DNA of 33,285 bases from an uncultured Eubacteriales bacterium (GTDB lineage: Bacteria > Bacillota > Clostridia > UBA1381 > UMGS1253): positions 1 through 33,285 of the forward strand of contig URQR01000002.1 in the NCBI GenBank assembly GCA_900550065.1. The letters run 5' to 3'. A program made the position numbers and the translations under genes. The notes under the pieces were generated by a model. The model made no database searches, was not told the DNA's origin, and was given only the letters and a program-made list of their open reading frames with translations. This document shows positions 8,775 through 18,530 of this stretch, piece after piece. Each line of letters begins with the position of its first letter. Position 1 is the first letter of the stretch.

Positions 8775-10115
8775 ATGGAGCAGAAAACAGGCGGCGCGCG
8801 CGTTTGCGCGCTGAAAATACTATATAAAATTGAACAAGAGGGAGCGTTTGCGAATATTGCGCTCAAGGAGGCGCCCGGACTGCGGGCATTGTCCGCACCG
8901 GACAGAGGCCTTGTGACGACGCTCGTGTACGGCTGTGTGCGCTATAAACGCTATCTTGACTATATTATCACGCAGTTTTCGAGCGTGAAGCTTAAAAAGC
9001 TTTCGCCATATGTACTGCTTTTGCTGCGTATGGGGACGTACCAGATTATGAAGCTTGACCGTGTGCCGGACAGGGCGGCGGTCGACGAATGTGTGAAGTT
9101 AGCGGGAAAGTACGCCTACCGTTCAAAGGGATTTGTGAACGCGGTTCTGCGCAAGATAGCGGCGCAAAAGCAGCAGATTCGGCTGCCGGAGGAAACGGCA
9201 CAGCGGCTTGGCGTGCAGTATTCCTACCCAGACGAAATTGTATCGGCGTGGCTTGACGCGTATGGTGCGGCTTTTACAGAAGAGCTGCTCGCGGCGGGGA
9301 ATGAGAGCGCGCCGCTCACGGTGCGGGTCAACACGCTGAAAACGGACGAGACGTCGTTAACGGAGCGCCTAAAGACAGAGGGTGTCCATGTAGAAAACGC
9401 GAACGTGGCGGGTATGCTTTCGCTGGGCGGAACAGAAATTCCTGCGCTCGAAAGCTACCGTGCGGGTCTGTTTACGCCGCAGGGGATGGCCTCCTATTTG
9501 GCGGGGGCGGTGCTTGCGCCGCGGCCGGGGGACACAGTTTTGGATTTGTGCGCCGCGCCGGGCGGCAAAAGCACGCACCTTGCGGAGTTGATGCAAAATA
9601 AAGGAAACGTATATGCGTTCGATATCCACGCACATAAAATTGCGCTGATTGAACAAAATGCGGCCCGCCTTGGCATCAATATCATCACGGCGGCACAGGC
9701 CGACGCTTCCGTGCCGATGGAGCGGTTTTTCGGCTGTGCGGACGCGGTTTTGGCGGACGTGCCGTGTAGCGGTCTTGGTATTATCCGCAAAAAGCCGGAC
9801 ATCAAGTGGGGCTTTGACGCGGCGGGACAGGACGCGCTCGCGGAGCTGCAATATCGGATTTTGTCGGCGGCGGGGCGGTATGTAAAGGCAGGCGGTACGC
9901 TCGTGTACAGCACATGTACGATTGCAGAAAAGGAAAACAACGCGGTTGTGGAGCGGTTTCTGCGCGAAAACGGCGATTTTGCGCTGGACGGCTTTGCGGA
10001 CGTACTGCCGGATAAAATGCAAAAGACGACCGCAAAGGACGGATATATACAGTTTTTCCCGCATACGGACGGGATTGACGGGTTTTTTATTTGCAGGATG
10101 AAGCGGAAAAGCTGA
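8775..10115 (+). CDS. rsmB: 16S rRNA (cytosine967-C5)-methyltransferase
   Basis: An N-terminal NusB-like domain plus a SAM methyltransferase core (DLCAAPGGKS, DVPCSGLGIIRKKPDIKW, YSTCT). fmt-rsmB is a conserved neighbourhood. Confidence 0.9.
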   Translation: MEQKTGGARVCALKILYKIEQEGAFANIALKEAPGLRALSAPDRGLVTTLVYGCVRYKRYLDYIITQFSSVKLKKLSPYVLLLLRMGTYQIMKLDRVPDRAAVDECVKLAGKYAYRSKGFVNAVLRKIAAQKQQIRLPEETAQRLGVQYSYPDEIVSAWLDAYGAAFTEELLAAGNESAPLTVRVNTLKTDETSLTERLKTEGVHVENANVAGMLSLGGTEIPALESYRAGLFTPQGMASYLAGAVLAPRPGDTVLDLCAAPGGKSTHLAELMQNKGNVYAFDIHAHKIALIEQNAARLGINIITAAQADASVPMERFFGCADAVLADVPCSGLGIIRKKPDIKWGFDAAGQDALAELQYRILSAAGRYVKAGGTLVYSTCTIAEKENNAVVERFLRENGDFALDGFADVLPDKMQKTTAKDGYIQFFPHTDGIDGFFICRMKRKS

Positions 10116-10125
10116 GGGGAGTACA

Positions 10126-11163
10126 ATGGATAAAACAACGGGCCTGCCCGATTTGAGAAGCTTTACATATGAAGAGCTCGAGACGTTTCTGACCGGAATC
10201 GGAGAAAAGCGGTTTCGCGCCGGACAGGTGTTTGCGTGGCTGAGCAAGGGAGTACAGGACTTTGACGAAATGACGAATTTATCGAAGCAGCTGCGCGAGA
10301 AGCTGTCTGCTGTTTCGACGCTGAGCCGGGCGCATATCGAGGAAAAGTATATCTCAAAGATAGACGGAACAGTTAAATATTTAATCGGACTCGGCGACGG
10401 CGAGTGTGTCGAAACGGTTGTTATGCGCTACCACCACGGCGTCACGGTCTGTATTTCGTCGCAGGTGGGCTGTGCGATGGGGTGCGGCTTTTGTGCCTCG
10501 ACCATAGGCGGAAAAAAGCGCGACCTTCTGGCGGGGGAAATTCTTTTGCAGGTGATTTTAGCACAGGCCGACATTGGCGAGCGGATTTCTAATATTGTAA
10601 TGATGGGCATCGGCGAGCCACTCGACAATTTTGAGAATGTGCGCCGGTTTTTAATCAATGTCGGCGATGCGCGCGGCCTGAATATCGGTTACCGGCACAT
10701 TTCGCTGTCGACGTGCGGCTTGGTCGACGGGATTGATAAATTGGCAGAGTTAAACCTCCCGATTACGCTGTCGATTTCGCTGCACGCCCCGAATGACGAG
10801 ATTCGCAGCAAAACAATGCCAATCAACCGGCGTTACCCGATTGCGTCGCTTTTGGCTGCGTGCCGGCGGTATCAAGCGGTGACGACGCGGCGTATCTCGT
10901 TTGAATATGCGATGATTGACGGCGTAAACGACAGCGCGGCGGACGCGGCGCAGCTTGCGTCGATTTTAAAGGGGCTTTTGTGCCACGTTAACCTGATTCC
11001 GGTCAACAATGTGGCGGAGCGTGATTACGTAAAAAGTAGCCCCGCCGCGATTGAGACATTTATAAAAATTTTGGAAAAAGCGGGGATTACCGCGACGGTG
11101 CGCCGTTCGCTGGGGGCGGATATTTCGGCTTCCTGTGGACAATTGCGTCAAAAGCGGTTATAA
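10126..11163 (+). CDS. rlmN: 23S rRNA/tRNA (adenine-C2)-methyltransferase, radical SAM
   Basis: Radical-SAM cluster motif CAMGCGFCAS, GIGEPLDN, and a C-terminal conserved Cys (SASCGQL). Confidence 0.92.
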   Translation: MDKTTGLPDLRSFTYEELETFLTGIGEKRFRAGQVFAWLSKGVQDFDEMTNLSKQLREKLSAVSTLSRAHIEEKYISKIDGTVKYLIGLGDGECVETVVMRYHHGVTVCISSQVGCAMGCGFCASTIGGKKRDLLAGEILLQVILAQADIGERISNIVMMGIGEPLDNFENVRRFLINVGDARGLNIGYRHISLSTCGLVDGIDKLAELNLPITLSISLHAPNDEIRSKTMPINRRYPIASLLAACRRYQAVTTRRISFEYAMIDGVNDSAADAAQLASILKGLLCHVNLIPVNNVAERDYVKSSPAAIETFIKILEKAGITATVRRSLGADISASCGQLRQKRL

Positions 11164-11167
11164 TATA

Positions 11168-11186
11168 CTTGAGCTAAAAGCTCAAG
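11168..11186 (+). other. Hairpin after rlmN (8-bp stem, no U-tract)
   Basis: CTTGAGCT-AAA-AGCTCAAG lies 5 nt after the stop. It lacks a T-run, so terminator function is uncertain. Confidence 0.3.
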
Positions 11187-11310
11187 CTTGTGCGCTAAGA
11201 CATGGTATGATGCAGAAAACGGTTTCTAACTATTTTGTAATTGTCATATTATTTAAAGGTTAAGAGACGGACAACACCAGCCCGGGACGGGCAGTTAGGA
11301 GGGGGCGCCG

Positions 11311-12066
11311 TTGGTTTTTGAACATAAGAGCGACGTGGGGCGGCTGCGCGAGGAAAACCAAGACAGCTGTGACGCGTTTTGCATTGGAGATACGTTCTTT
11401 GGCGTTGTTGCGGACGGTATGGGCGGCTATAAGGGCGGCAGTATTGCGAGCAGTATCGCCGTTGGGGCTGTGCGGCAAAGGATTGAGGCCGAATACGATG
11501 AGCAAATGCGAGAAAGCGAGCTTTTGTCCTTGCTGCAATCGTGTTTTGTGTCGGCAAACAGTGACATTTTGCAGCGTTCCATAAAGGACGCGGAGCTGAG
11601 CGGCATGGGGACGACGATGGTGCTTGCCGCCGTGCGGCAGGGCCGCGCGCTGGCGCTCAATGTCGGCGACAGCCGTGCATATTTTGTGAGCGGCGGCGAA
11701 ATACGCCAGCTTACAAAGGATCAATCCTATGTACAGCACCTTGTTGACATCGGCGAAATTACGCCGCAGGAGGCGCTTAAGCACCCGCAAAGGAATATTA
11801 TTATGCAGGCGGTCGGCGTATCGACGGCTGTGTCGCCGGATGTATATACGTTTGACTACAATGGAGAAACGCTTCTGCTTTGCTCCGACGGGCTGACCAA
11901 TATGGTGTCTGACGATGCGATTGCAGCGGTTTGCGGGCAGGCGGATTCATGCGAAGAGAAGGTAAGGCGCCTGATTGGTATGGCGAATGAGGCGGGCGGC
12001 ACGGACAATATATCGGTCGTGCTTTTGCAGTACAATTCTAAAAGCGCAGGTGATAAGCATGAGTGA
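11311..12066 (+). CDS. stp: PP2C-family Ser/Thr protein phosphatase
   Basis: SDVGRLREENQDS, ADGMGGYKGG, GDSRAY and CSDGLT motifs of PPM phosphatases. TTG start after an AGGAGGGGG SD. It is immediately upstream of and overlaps prkC. Confidence 0.9.
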   Translation: MVFEHKSDVGRLREENQDSCDAFCIGDTFFGVVADGMGGYKGGSIASSIAVGAVRQRIEAEYDEQMRESELLSLLQSCFVSANSDILQRSIKDAELSGMGTTMVLAAVRQGRALALNVGDSRAYFVSGGEIRQLTKDQSYVQHLVDIGEITPQEALKHPQRNIIMQAVGVSTAVSPDVYTFDYNGETLLLCSDGLTNMVSDDAIAAVCGQADSCEEKVRRLIGMANEAGGTDNISVVLLQYNSKSAGDKHE

Positions 12067-14029
12067 ATTTATACAGATCGGCTCGCTGCTGGGCGGGCGG
12101 TATGAAATCATTGAAAAGATTGGCGCGGGCGGTATGGCGGAGGTTTATAAGGCGCGCTGCCGCCTGCTAAATCGCTATGTTGCGATTAAGGCGCTTAAGC
12201 CGGAATATGCGGGCGATGCGGAGTTTCTGAAACGGTTTGAAATCGAAGCACAGGCGGCGGCGAGCCTGTCGCACCCGAACATCGTGTCGGTGTATGACGT
12301 GGGCTATGACGCAGGCCGTCACTATATTGTGATGGAGCTTGTCGAGGGCGTGACGCTTAAGGGCTATATTGCAAAGAAGGGGGCGCTCCCGTGGCGGGAA
12401 GCGGCCGGCTTTGCTGCACAAATTTGCTCCGCGCTCGAATGTGCGCACAAAAAACGAATTATTCACCGCGACATCAAGCCGCACAATATTATTATCACGC
12501 CGGAAGGCGTCGCGAAGGTGACCGATTTTGGTATTGCGCGGGCGGCCAGCTCGACGACGATGGTCGCCGACGGCTCTGTCATGGGGTCGGCGCATTATCT
12601 TTCGCCGGAGCAGGCGCGCGGCGGCTATACAGACGAAAAATCCGATATTTATTCAGCCGGTGTGACGCTGTATGAAATGCTGACGGGGCGCGTACCGTAT
12701 GAGGCGGACAGCCCGGTGTCCGTCGCGATGATGCATGTGTCGGGCGATCTGGTTCAGCCGCGTATCATCAATCCGGACATTCCGGAGGATATGGAAAAGA
12801 TTGTACTTAAAGCAATGAGTAAGGAGCAGTCCTTGCGCTATGCAAGTGCGGAGGATATGCTCTATGACATCAATGCGGTGCTGTCGAACCGCGCAATCGC
12901 GCCCGCGCCGGAGCCGACGCAGGTGATGGAGGGGCGTGCCCGTGAGGGAGCGCGCCGCAGAGGGGCGCAGGCCGCGTCCGACACGGCGCATCAAGCAAAA
13001 AACAAATCAAAAGGGAAAAAGGACAAACAGCCGCTTACAAAGAGTGAGAAGCGGATGGTGTGGCTTGCAGTTGCGGCGGCGGTCGTTTTGATTGGGATTG
13101 TCGGCGTTGTCTGCATGTCGTGGTTTGGCGTGTTCGGTGCGTGGCAGTGGGACGAAACGGTTGTGCCGGAAATTGAGGGTAAAACGCTGGAGGAAGCGAC
13201 GAAGCTGCTAAAGGATGCAAAGTTAGAGATTGACATTGACGAGGAGATTGCGTCGACCCAGTACGAAAAGGACACGATTATTTCGCAGGAGCCGGCTGCG
13301 GGCCGGACTGTAAAAAAAGGCGTCAAAGTGCGCGTCAAGGTCAGCACAGGGATCGGCGACAAGATTTCGATTCCAAATGTTGTAAACTATGAAAAAGAAA
13401 ACGCGAAATCCACGCTGGAAAAGTCGGGCTTTGTAGTCGTGTTTACAGAAGAGGAAAGCGATACTGTGCCGGAAAATACAGTTATACGGCAGTCACCGGC
13501 CGCGGGGACAGAGGCCAAGAGCGGCGATACGGTGCGGCTGTATGTCAGCGGGAAGGCGGCGAGCGAAAAGGTGCCGGTGCCGAACGTAATCGGCAAGTCG
13601 CTCGCACAGGCAAAAAATGATATAGAGGCGGCGGGCCTTGTTGTAGGCAATGTCGCCGAGCAGGAGTCCGAGCAGGCGGTCGGGACAGTGATCCGGCAGA
13701 GCCCGTCGGGCGGCATGGCAGATAAAAAGAGCGCAGTCGCGCTTACGGTAAGCAAGGGGCAGAAGGCGACACCGACACCAACGCCGAATACACCAACGCC
13801 GCCTCCACCGTCCGAGGAGCCGCAAAAGGTGAAGACGATTAGCCTGCCTGTGCCTCAGAACAAAGAATCGACCCAAATTCGCGTTGTCGCCAATGGGACG
13901 ACAATCCATGATGCGCTTCACCACAAGAGCGAGGTCAGCTTCGATTTGCGCGTGACGGGCCGCAATACGGCGACGCTGGAAATTTATCACGACGGCACGC
14001 TTGTAGGAACGCAGACGGTGAATTTTTAA
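12059..14029 (+). CDS. prkC: Ser/Thr protein kinase with three PASTA repeats (PrkC/PknB type)
   Basis: Hanks kinase motifs (GAGGMAEVYKA, HRDIKPHN, DFGIA, SPEQA), a TM segment (VWLAVAAAVVLIGIVGVVC), three PASTA repeats, a Pro/Thr linker and a terminal beta-rich domain. I set the start at ATG 12059 (MSEFIQIGS...), overlapping the stp stop. The track's upstream extension from 11975 lies inside stp. Confidence 0.92.
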   Translation: MSEFIQIGSLLGGRYEIIEKIGAGGMAEVYKARCRLLNRYVAIKALKPEYAGDAEFLKRFEIEAQAAASLSHPNIVSVYDVGYDAGRHYIVMELVEGVTLKGYIAKKGALPWREAAGFAAQICSALECAHKKRIIHRDIKPHNIIITPEGVAKVTDFGIARAASSTTMVADGSVMGSAHYLSPEQARGGYTDEKSDIYSAGVTLYEMLTGRVPYEADSPVSVAMMHVSGDLVQPRIINPDIPEDMEKIVLKAMSKEQSLRYASAEDMLYDINAVLSNRAIAPAPEPTQVMEGRAREGARRRGAQAASDTAHQAKNKSKGKKDKQPLTKSEKRMVWLAVAAAVVLIGIVGVVCMSWFGVFGAWQWDETVVPEIEGKTLEEATKLLKDAKLEIDIDEEIASTQYEKDTIISQEPAAGRTVKKGVKVRVKVSTGIGDKISIPNVVNYEKENAKSTLEKSGFVVVFTEEESDTVPENTVIRQSPAAGTEAKSGDTVRLYVSGKAASEKVPVPNVIGKSLAQAKNDIEAAGLVVGNVAEQESEQAVGTVIRQSPSGGMADKKSAVALTVSKGQKATPTPTPNTPTPPPPSEEPQKVKTISLPVPQNKESTQIRVVANGTTIHDALHHKSEVSFDLRVTGRNTATLEIYHDGTLVGTQTVNF

Positions 14030-14031
14030 GA

Positions 14032-14910
14032 GTGGGGGGTCTTGGTCTGACTGGCGTAATTATAAAGGGAATCGGCGGCTTTTACTATGTAAAGGCCGAA
14101 GATGAGATTTTTGAATGTAAGGCGCGGGGCCGGTTTCGTAAGGAGGGCCTTGTGCCAATGGTGGGCGATACGGTAAGTATAAGCGTCAAAAACGGCAAGG
14201 GGAGTATTGACGAAATTTTGCCGCGTACAACGATGCTGATTCGGCCCGCGGTCGCCAATATCGACCAGCTTGTGGTTGTTGTCGCGCTCCGCTCGCCCGA
14301 GCCGCACGCTGCCCTGATTGACCATTTTTTGATTCTCGGCGAGCATAGCGGTATTGAAACGGTGCTATGCTTTAATAAAGCGGACTTACCGCATACACAG
14401 GAGCTTGTGGACATCTATCGAAACGCCGGTTACCGCGTCGTTTTGACGAGCGTGGAAACAGGCGAGGGCGTCGAGGAGCTAAAAAGCTTGTTAAAGGGTA
14501 AAATTACCGCGTTTGCGGGGAATTCCGGCGTCGGAAAGTCGAGCCTTCTAAACGCGCTTGGTGCGCCGGAGGGATTGGAGACCGGGCGCGTCAGCGAGAA
14601 AATCCAGCGTGGACGGCATACGACGCGCCATGTTGAGCTGATTGAGCTGGACGGCTGCGCGCTGGCGCTCGATACGCCGGGGTTTTCGAGCTTTGAGATG
14701 CCTGCGGTGAAAGCGGAAGAGCTGCAAGATTATTTTATCGAATTTGCGTCGTATATTGGGGGCTGCAAATTCCGCGGCTGCGCGCACATCAGTGAGCCGG
14801 GCTGCGCGGTGTTAGAGGCCGTAGCGCAGGGCAAGGTGTCGAAGCTGCGCCATAATAGCTACAAAGAGCTGTATCAGGAATTAAAGAAAGTGAAAGAATG
14901 GGAAACATGA
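14032..14910 (+). CDS. rsgA: Ribosome small-subunit-dependent GTPase A
   Basis: An OB-fold N-terminus (GFYYV), circularly permuted GTPase motifs (NKADL ... GNSGVGKSSL ... DTPG) and a C-terminal zinc knuckle (CKFRGCAHISEPGC). Confidence 0.92.
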   Translation: MGGLGLTGVIIKGIGGFYYVKAEDEIFECKARGRFRKEGLVPMVGDTVSISVKNGKGSIDEILPRTTMLIRPAVANIDQLVVVVALRSPEPHAALIDHFLILGEHSGIETVLCFNKADLPHTQELVDIYRNAGYRVVLTSVETGEGVEELKSLLKGKITAFAGNSGVGKSSLLNALGAPEGLETGRVSEKIQRGRHTTRHVELIELDGCALALDTPGFSSFEMPAVKAEELQDYFIEFASYIGGCKFRGCAHISEPGCAVLEAVAQGKVSKLRHNSYKELYQELKKVKEWET

Positions 14911-14941
14911 GGTGTTTTTCAGACGGAAGGGACGAAAACAG

Positions 14942-15616
14942 ATGATTAAAATTGCGCCTTCTATCTTATCGGCTGACTTTTCGCGGCTGGGGGAGCAAAT
15001 TGACGCGGTGGCGCGCGGCGGCGCGCAGTATCTTCACATTGACGTCATGGACGGTATGTTTGTGCCGAATCTTACGATTGGGCCTGTAGTAATTGAAAGT
15101 ATCCGGAGGGAAAGCAACCTTATTTTTGATGTGCATTTGATGATTGAACGGCCGGAGCGCTACATTGACGCGTTTGCGGCGGCGGGCGCGGATATTATTA
15201 CCGTACATAGCGAGGCGACGGACGATTTGAAAGGGTGTATTGCACAAATTAAGCAATGCGGAAAGCGTGCCGGTGTGTCAATTAAGCCGGCGACGCCGGT
15301 CAGCGCAATCGCTGATGTTTTGCACTGTGTGGACATGGTGCTCGTCATGTCGGTGGAGCCGGGCTTTGGCGGGCAGGGCTATCTGCCGCAGGCGGACGGC
15401 AAGCTGCGCGAGCTGCGCGGACAGATTCGTCCGGGGACGGATTTGTCGGTCGACGGCGGTGTGAAGCTTGATAACCTTGCCCACGTAATTGAAATGGGGG
15501 CGAACACGGTCGTTGCCGGCAGCGCGGTGTTTGGTGCGGCGGATGTCTGTGCGCAAACGGCGGCGTTTGTGTCGCTGGCACAGCAGACGGAGGAGGCGCT
15601 TGTATGCGGGCGGTGA
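14942..15616 (+). CDS. rpe: Ribulose-phosphate 3-epimerase
   Basis: MIKIAPSILSADFSRLGEQI, HIDVMDGMFVPN, HLM and VMSVEPGFGGQ motifs. I chose ATG 14942 over the track's upstream start at 14912. Confidence 0.92.
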   Translation: MIKIAPSILSADFSRLGEQIDAVARGGAQYLHIDVMDGMFVPNLTIGPVVIESIRRESNLIFDVHLMIERPERYIDAFAAAGADIITVHSEATDDLKGCIAQIKQCGKRAGVSIKPATPVSAIADVLHCVDMVLVMSVEPGFGGQGYLPQADGKLRELRGQIRPGTDLSVDGGVKLDNLAHVIEMGANTVVAGSAVFGAADVCAQTAAFVSLAQQTEEALVCGR

Positions 15617-16218
15617 TTTTTTGCGGCGGCGAAATTGTGGACTATGACCGCGTCCGCGCACGGATTCGGCAGGGCGATATGCTGATATGTGCCGACTCAG
15701 GTTACAGACATGCCAAAATTATGGGGCTTCGTCCCGATATTGTACTGGGTGACTTTGACTCCTATGAAAAAGCGGCAGTTGACTGTGACCATGTGTTGAC
15801 ATATCCGGCGAAAAAAGATTACACCGACAGCGAAATTGCGGCCCGGTATGCCCTTGAACATGGATGTGACGATATTTTACTGCTTGGCGCGACAGGCGGC
15901 CGCCTCGACCATACGCTCGGCAATATCTATCTGCTTAAGCTAATTATGGAGCATGGCGCGGCGGGGGAGCTCTACGACGGTGTTACTGCCGTATGGCTGG
16001 CGAAGGGAACGATTTCCGTTTCCGGTAGTGTTGGAGATATTTTATCCGTAATTCCGTTTGCAGAGGCGGCGGATCTCACGACGAAGGGGCTTGCGTACCC
16101 GCTCATTCATCAGGGGCTTGCGGGCGCGAGCACGGGAGTCAGCAATGTGTTTGAAACGGAGCGTGTACGGCTCGACATCGGTGAGGGGAGAGCGCTTGTC
16201 GTCCATGTGGCACAGTAG
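15604..16218 (+). CDS. thiN: Thiamine pyrophosphokinase
   Basis: GDFDS, KDYTDSEIA and GATGGRLDH motifs of the TPK family. It overlaps the rpe 3' end. Confidence 0.85.
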   Translation: MRAVIFCGGEIVDYDRVRARIRQGDMLICADSGYRHAKIMGLRPDIVLGDFDSYEKAAVDCDHVLTYPAKKDYTDSEIAARYALEHGCDDILLLGATGGRLDHTLGNIYLLKLIMEHGAAGELYDGVTAVWLAKGTISVSGSVGDILSVIPFAEAADLTTKGLAYPLIHQGLAGASTGVSNVFETERVRLDIGEGRALVVHVAQ

Positions 16219-16267
16219 TGGAAAATAGAGGATAGATTGTAATATTTATGAATCAATTAGCTCGCTG

Positions 16268-16293
16268 GGAGGCAGATTTTGCCTTCTTTTTTT
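16268..16293 (+). terminator. Rho-independent terminator after thiN
   Basis: GGAGGCA-GATTT-TGCCTTC (7-bp stem including one G-U pair) followed by TTTTTTT. Confidence 0.6.
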
Positions 16294-16430
16294 GTACCAA
16301 AAAATGCCTGAAAAGGGCGAAAAATAAGGCTGGTATCAAAGTTGCACAGCCGCGGAGTTAAAAAATTGTATACTATCACGAATTTGTAATGAAGATTTAA
16401 GATTTTTGAGAAAAAATTTTAAAAAAGGTA

Positions 16431-16522
16431 TTGAAAAACGTATGGAAATCGTGTAAAATTTCACTTGTAAGGGATAAAAGTGTTATAAAGTGGTTGCAAG
16501 TGGTTAAAGAGTGTGTTAAAAT
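16431..16522 (+). promoter_or_regulatory. dcw (mra) promoter region with two SigA-type promoter candidates
   Basis: P1 is TTGAAA (16431..16436), 17 nt, TAAAAT (16454..16459). P2 is TTGCAA (16494..16499), 17 nt, TAAAAT (16517..16522). Both lie in the AT-rich gap upstream of mraZ. Confidence 0.55.
16477..16515 (+). promoter_or_regulatory. MraZ-box direct repeats (candidate MraZ operator)
   Basis: AAGTG starts at 16478, 16488 and 16498 (exact 10-bp phasing), followed by GAGTG at 16509. The repeats overlap promoter candidate P2. Phased direct repeats upstream of mraZ are the known MraZ binding architecture. Confidence 0.6.
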
Positions 16523-16557
16523 ACTGTTACAACCCCTCATAAGGCGAGGTGAAACGC

Positions 16558-16998
16558 TTGTTCATTGGCGAGTACAGTCACAACATAGATGCGAAAGGAC
16601 GCATGATCCTGCCGGCCAAGTTCCGCAAAGGCGACTTGGGCGAGATTTTCTATGTCACGAAGGGGACGGAGCAGTGCCTGTTCGTGTATTCGCGCGAGGA
16701 ATGGGCGAAGTTTGAAGAAAAGCTTGCAAGCCTTCCGATTACTACCAACCCGCAGGCGGGCGCATTTATGCGGTTTTTCCTGTCCGGCGCGGCGGAGTGC
16801 GAGGTGGACAAGCTCGGACGAATTAATATCCCCGCGCATCTGCGTGAATATGCCCATCTTGAAAAGGACGTCAAGGTGCTGGGCGTACGAAGCAGGATTG
16901 AAATTTGGGATTCGGCGGCATGGAGCGAATACTGCGAGAAGGAAATCACGTTGGATCATGTGATTTCGAGCATGGGTTCCATCGGCATGGACTTTTAG
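16558..16998 (+). CDS. mraZ: Transcriptional regulator MraZ
   Basis: (M)FIGEYSHNIDAKGRMILPAKFR plus a second DxxGR repeat (VDKLGRINIPAHLR). I preferred the TTG start at 16558 because it gives the canonical MFIGEY N-terminus. The track's GTG at 16549 is the alternative. Confidence 0.9.
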   Translation: MFIGEYSHNIDAKGRMILPAKFRKGDLGEIFYVTKGTEQCLFVYSREEWAKFEEKLASLPITTNPQAGAFMRFFLSGAAECEVDKLGRINIPAHLREYAHLEKDVKVLGVRSRIEIWDSAAWSEYCEKEITLDHVISSMGSIGMDF

Positions 16999-17001
16999 GC
17001 G

Positions 17002-17943
17002 GTGGGACAGTTGGAGTTTTTGCATATTCCTGTGATGCTAAAGGAATGTATCACGTATTTAAAAATAAAGCCTGACGGGATTTATGTAGACGGCACGCTC
17101 GGTGGCGCGGGGCACAGCAGTGTGATTGCGTCAAAGCTGGACGGCGGCAGACTGATTGGAATCGACCAGGATGCGGACGCGATTCGCGCGGCGGGCGAGA
17201 AGCTTGCGCCATACGGTGAGACAGTTACCATTGTAAAAAACAATTTTAAAAATATAGATGCAGTATTAGATGGATTAGGAATTGATAAAATTGACGGCGC
17301 GCTCCTCGATTTGGGCGTTTCGTCGCACCAGCTCGACGAAGCGGAGCGTGGCTTTAGCTATATGGCGGACGCGCCGCTTGATATGCGGATGAACCGGGAG
17401 GAGACGCTGAGTGCGTATGACATTGTCAATGGTTATACAGAACAGCAGATAGCAGATATTATTTTCCGCTACGGCGAGGAACGGTGGGCGAAGCGTATTG
17501 CACAGTTCATCTGCAAAGCGCGGACGGAAAAGCCGGTTGAAACTACGCTGCAGCTTGTGTCAATTATAAAGGCAGCGATTCCGAAGGGGGCGCGGCTGGA
17601 GGGCGGCAACCCGGCGAAACGGACGTTTCAGGCGATTCGTATTGAGGTAAACGGTGAGCTGGCAATTCTGCGCGGCGCGGTGGACGCGTTTGCAGAACAC
17701 TTAAAGCCCGGCGGGCGGCTCGCGGTGATTACGTTCCACTCTTTAGAGGACCGCATCGTAAAAGAGGCCTTTGCAGATTTAGCAAAGGGATGCACATGTC
17801 CGAAGGAGTTTCCGGTTTGCGTGTGCGGCGGCGCGGCAAAGGTCAAAGTGCTGACCAGAAAGCCGATAACCGCGTCGCAGAGCGAGCTGGAGCAGAATTC
17901 ACGTTCAAAAAGCGCAAAGTTGCGCGTGATTGAAAAATTGTAA
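17002..17943 (+). CDS. rsmH: 16S rRNA (cytosine1402-N4)-methyltransferase
   Basis: [26 protein letters not shown] and [12 protein letters not shown] motifs. It follows mraZ. Confidence 0.93.
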   Translation: MGQLEFLHIPVMLKECITYLKIKPDGIYVDGTLGGAGHSSVIASKLDGGRLIGIDQDADAIRAAGEKLAPYGETVTIVKNNFKNIDAVLDGLGIDKIDGALLDLGVSSHQLDEAERGFSYMADAPLDMRMNREETLSAYDIVNGYTEQQIADIIFRYGEERWAKRIAQFICKARTEKPVETTLQLVSIIKAAIPKGARLEGGNPAKRTFQAIRIEVNGELAILRGAVDAFAEHLKPGGRLAVITFHSLEDRIVKEAFADLAKGCTCPKEFPVCVCGGAAKVKVLTRKPITASQSELEQNSRSKSAKLRVIEKL

Positions 17944-17981
17944 AAAACATTGGGGATAAAACTTTGTAGGGGGTAAGAGCA

Positions 17982-18476
17982 GTGCGTACAAATGGGAACC
18001 TTGCGCTGAAGCCGGCGTACCGTCCGGAGTATCAGCCGACACAGGCTAATTTGAAGAAAAAGGCTGCAGTGAAGCAGGAATCGACGAAAGCGAAGGCAAA
18101 GACGGTCAACATTGCAGTTGCAGTTTTCTATATCGTAATTATATTTGCGATTGCGTTCTGTTTGGTCAGCCGCGAAGTGAGCCTTTATGAAAAGAGCAGC
18201 GAGGTTAGCCGTTTAGAGAGCCGCCTTGAACAGGCGCAGACGGATGCAAAGCAGGCGAAAATTGCCGCGGAGAGCGCGATTGACTTAAAAAAGATTGAGG
18301 AAGTAGCAACGACAAAGTTTGGGATGAGCAGACCTGAGAAAAACCAGACGGCCTATATCAACATTCAGCAGGGCGATTATGTGGAAAAGTCGGCAAAGAA
18401 AGACGTAGGGCTCGAAATTCAGCAGAATATTCAAAATGGGCTGAAAAATCTTTTTGGTATATTTGGCGTACAGTAA
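17982..18476 (+). CDS. ftsL: Cell-division protein FtsL-like (single-pass membrane, coiled coil)
   Basis: Its position between rsmH and the class B PBP, a basic N-terminus, a TM segment VNIAVAVFYIVIIFAIAFCLV, then a coiled-coil region. The sequence itself is poorly conserved, so the call rests mainly on context. Confidence 0.65.
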   Translation: MRTNGNLALKPAYRPEYQPTQANLKKKAAVKQESTKAKAKTVNIAVAVFYIVIIFAIAFCLVSREVSLYEKSSEVSRLESRLEQAQTDAKQAKIAAESAIDLKKIEEVATTKFGMSRPEKNQTAYINIQQGDYVEKSAKKDVGLEIQQNIQNGLKNLFGIFGVQ

Positions 18477-18530
18477 GCTTATACATGATAGTAGAAAATA
18501 ATCGATAGGATAAGAGGCAACTTTATGAAA

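Noticed and set aside
9369-10247. 292-aa and 214-aa minus-strand ORFs antisense to rsmB/rlmN
   Set aside because: They are Arg/Pro-rich shadow ORFs opposite strongly motif-supported genes, with no independent evidence.
11975-12058. Upstream extensions of track ORFs: prkC from 11975, murF from 22278, rpe from 14912, murE from 20864, def from 6627, rpoZ from 2527, xre from 28481
   Set aside because: In each case an internal start with a proper SD gives the canonical family N-terminus. The extension overlaps the preceding gene or has no SD.
16431-16715. 94-aa plus-strand ORF covering the dcw promoter region and the mraZ 5' end
   Set aside because: It starts at the TTGAAA promoter -35 box (16431..16436), runs through the AT-rich region and MraZ boxes, and is out of frame with mraZ. 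It has no SD.
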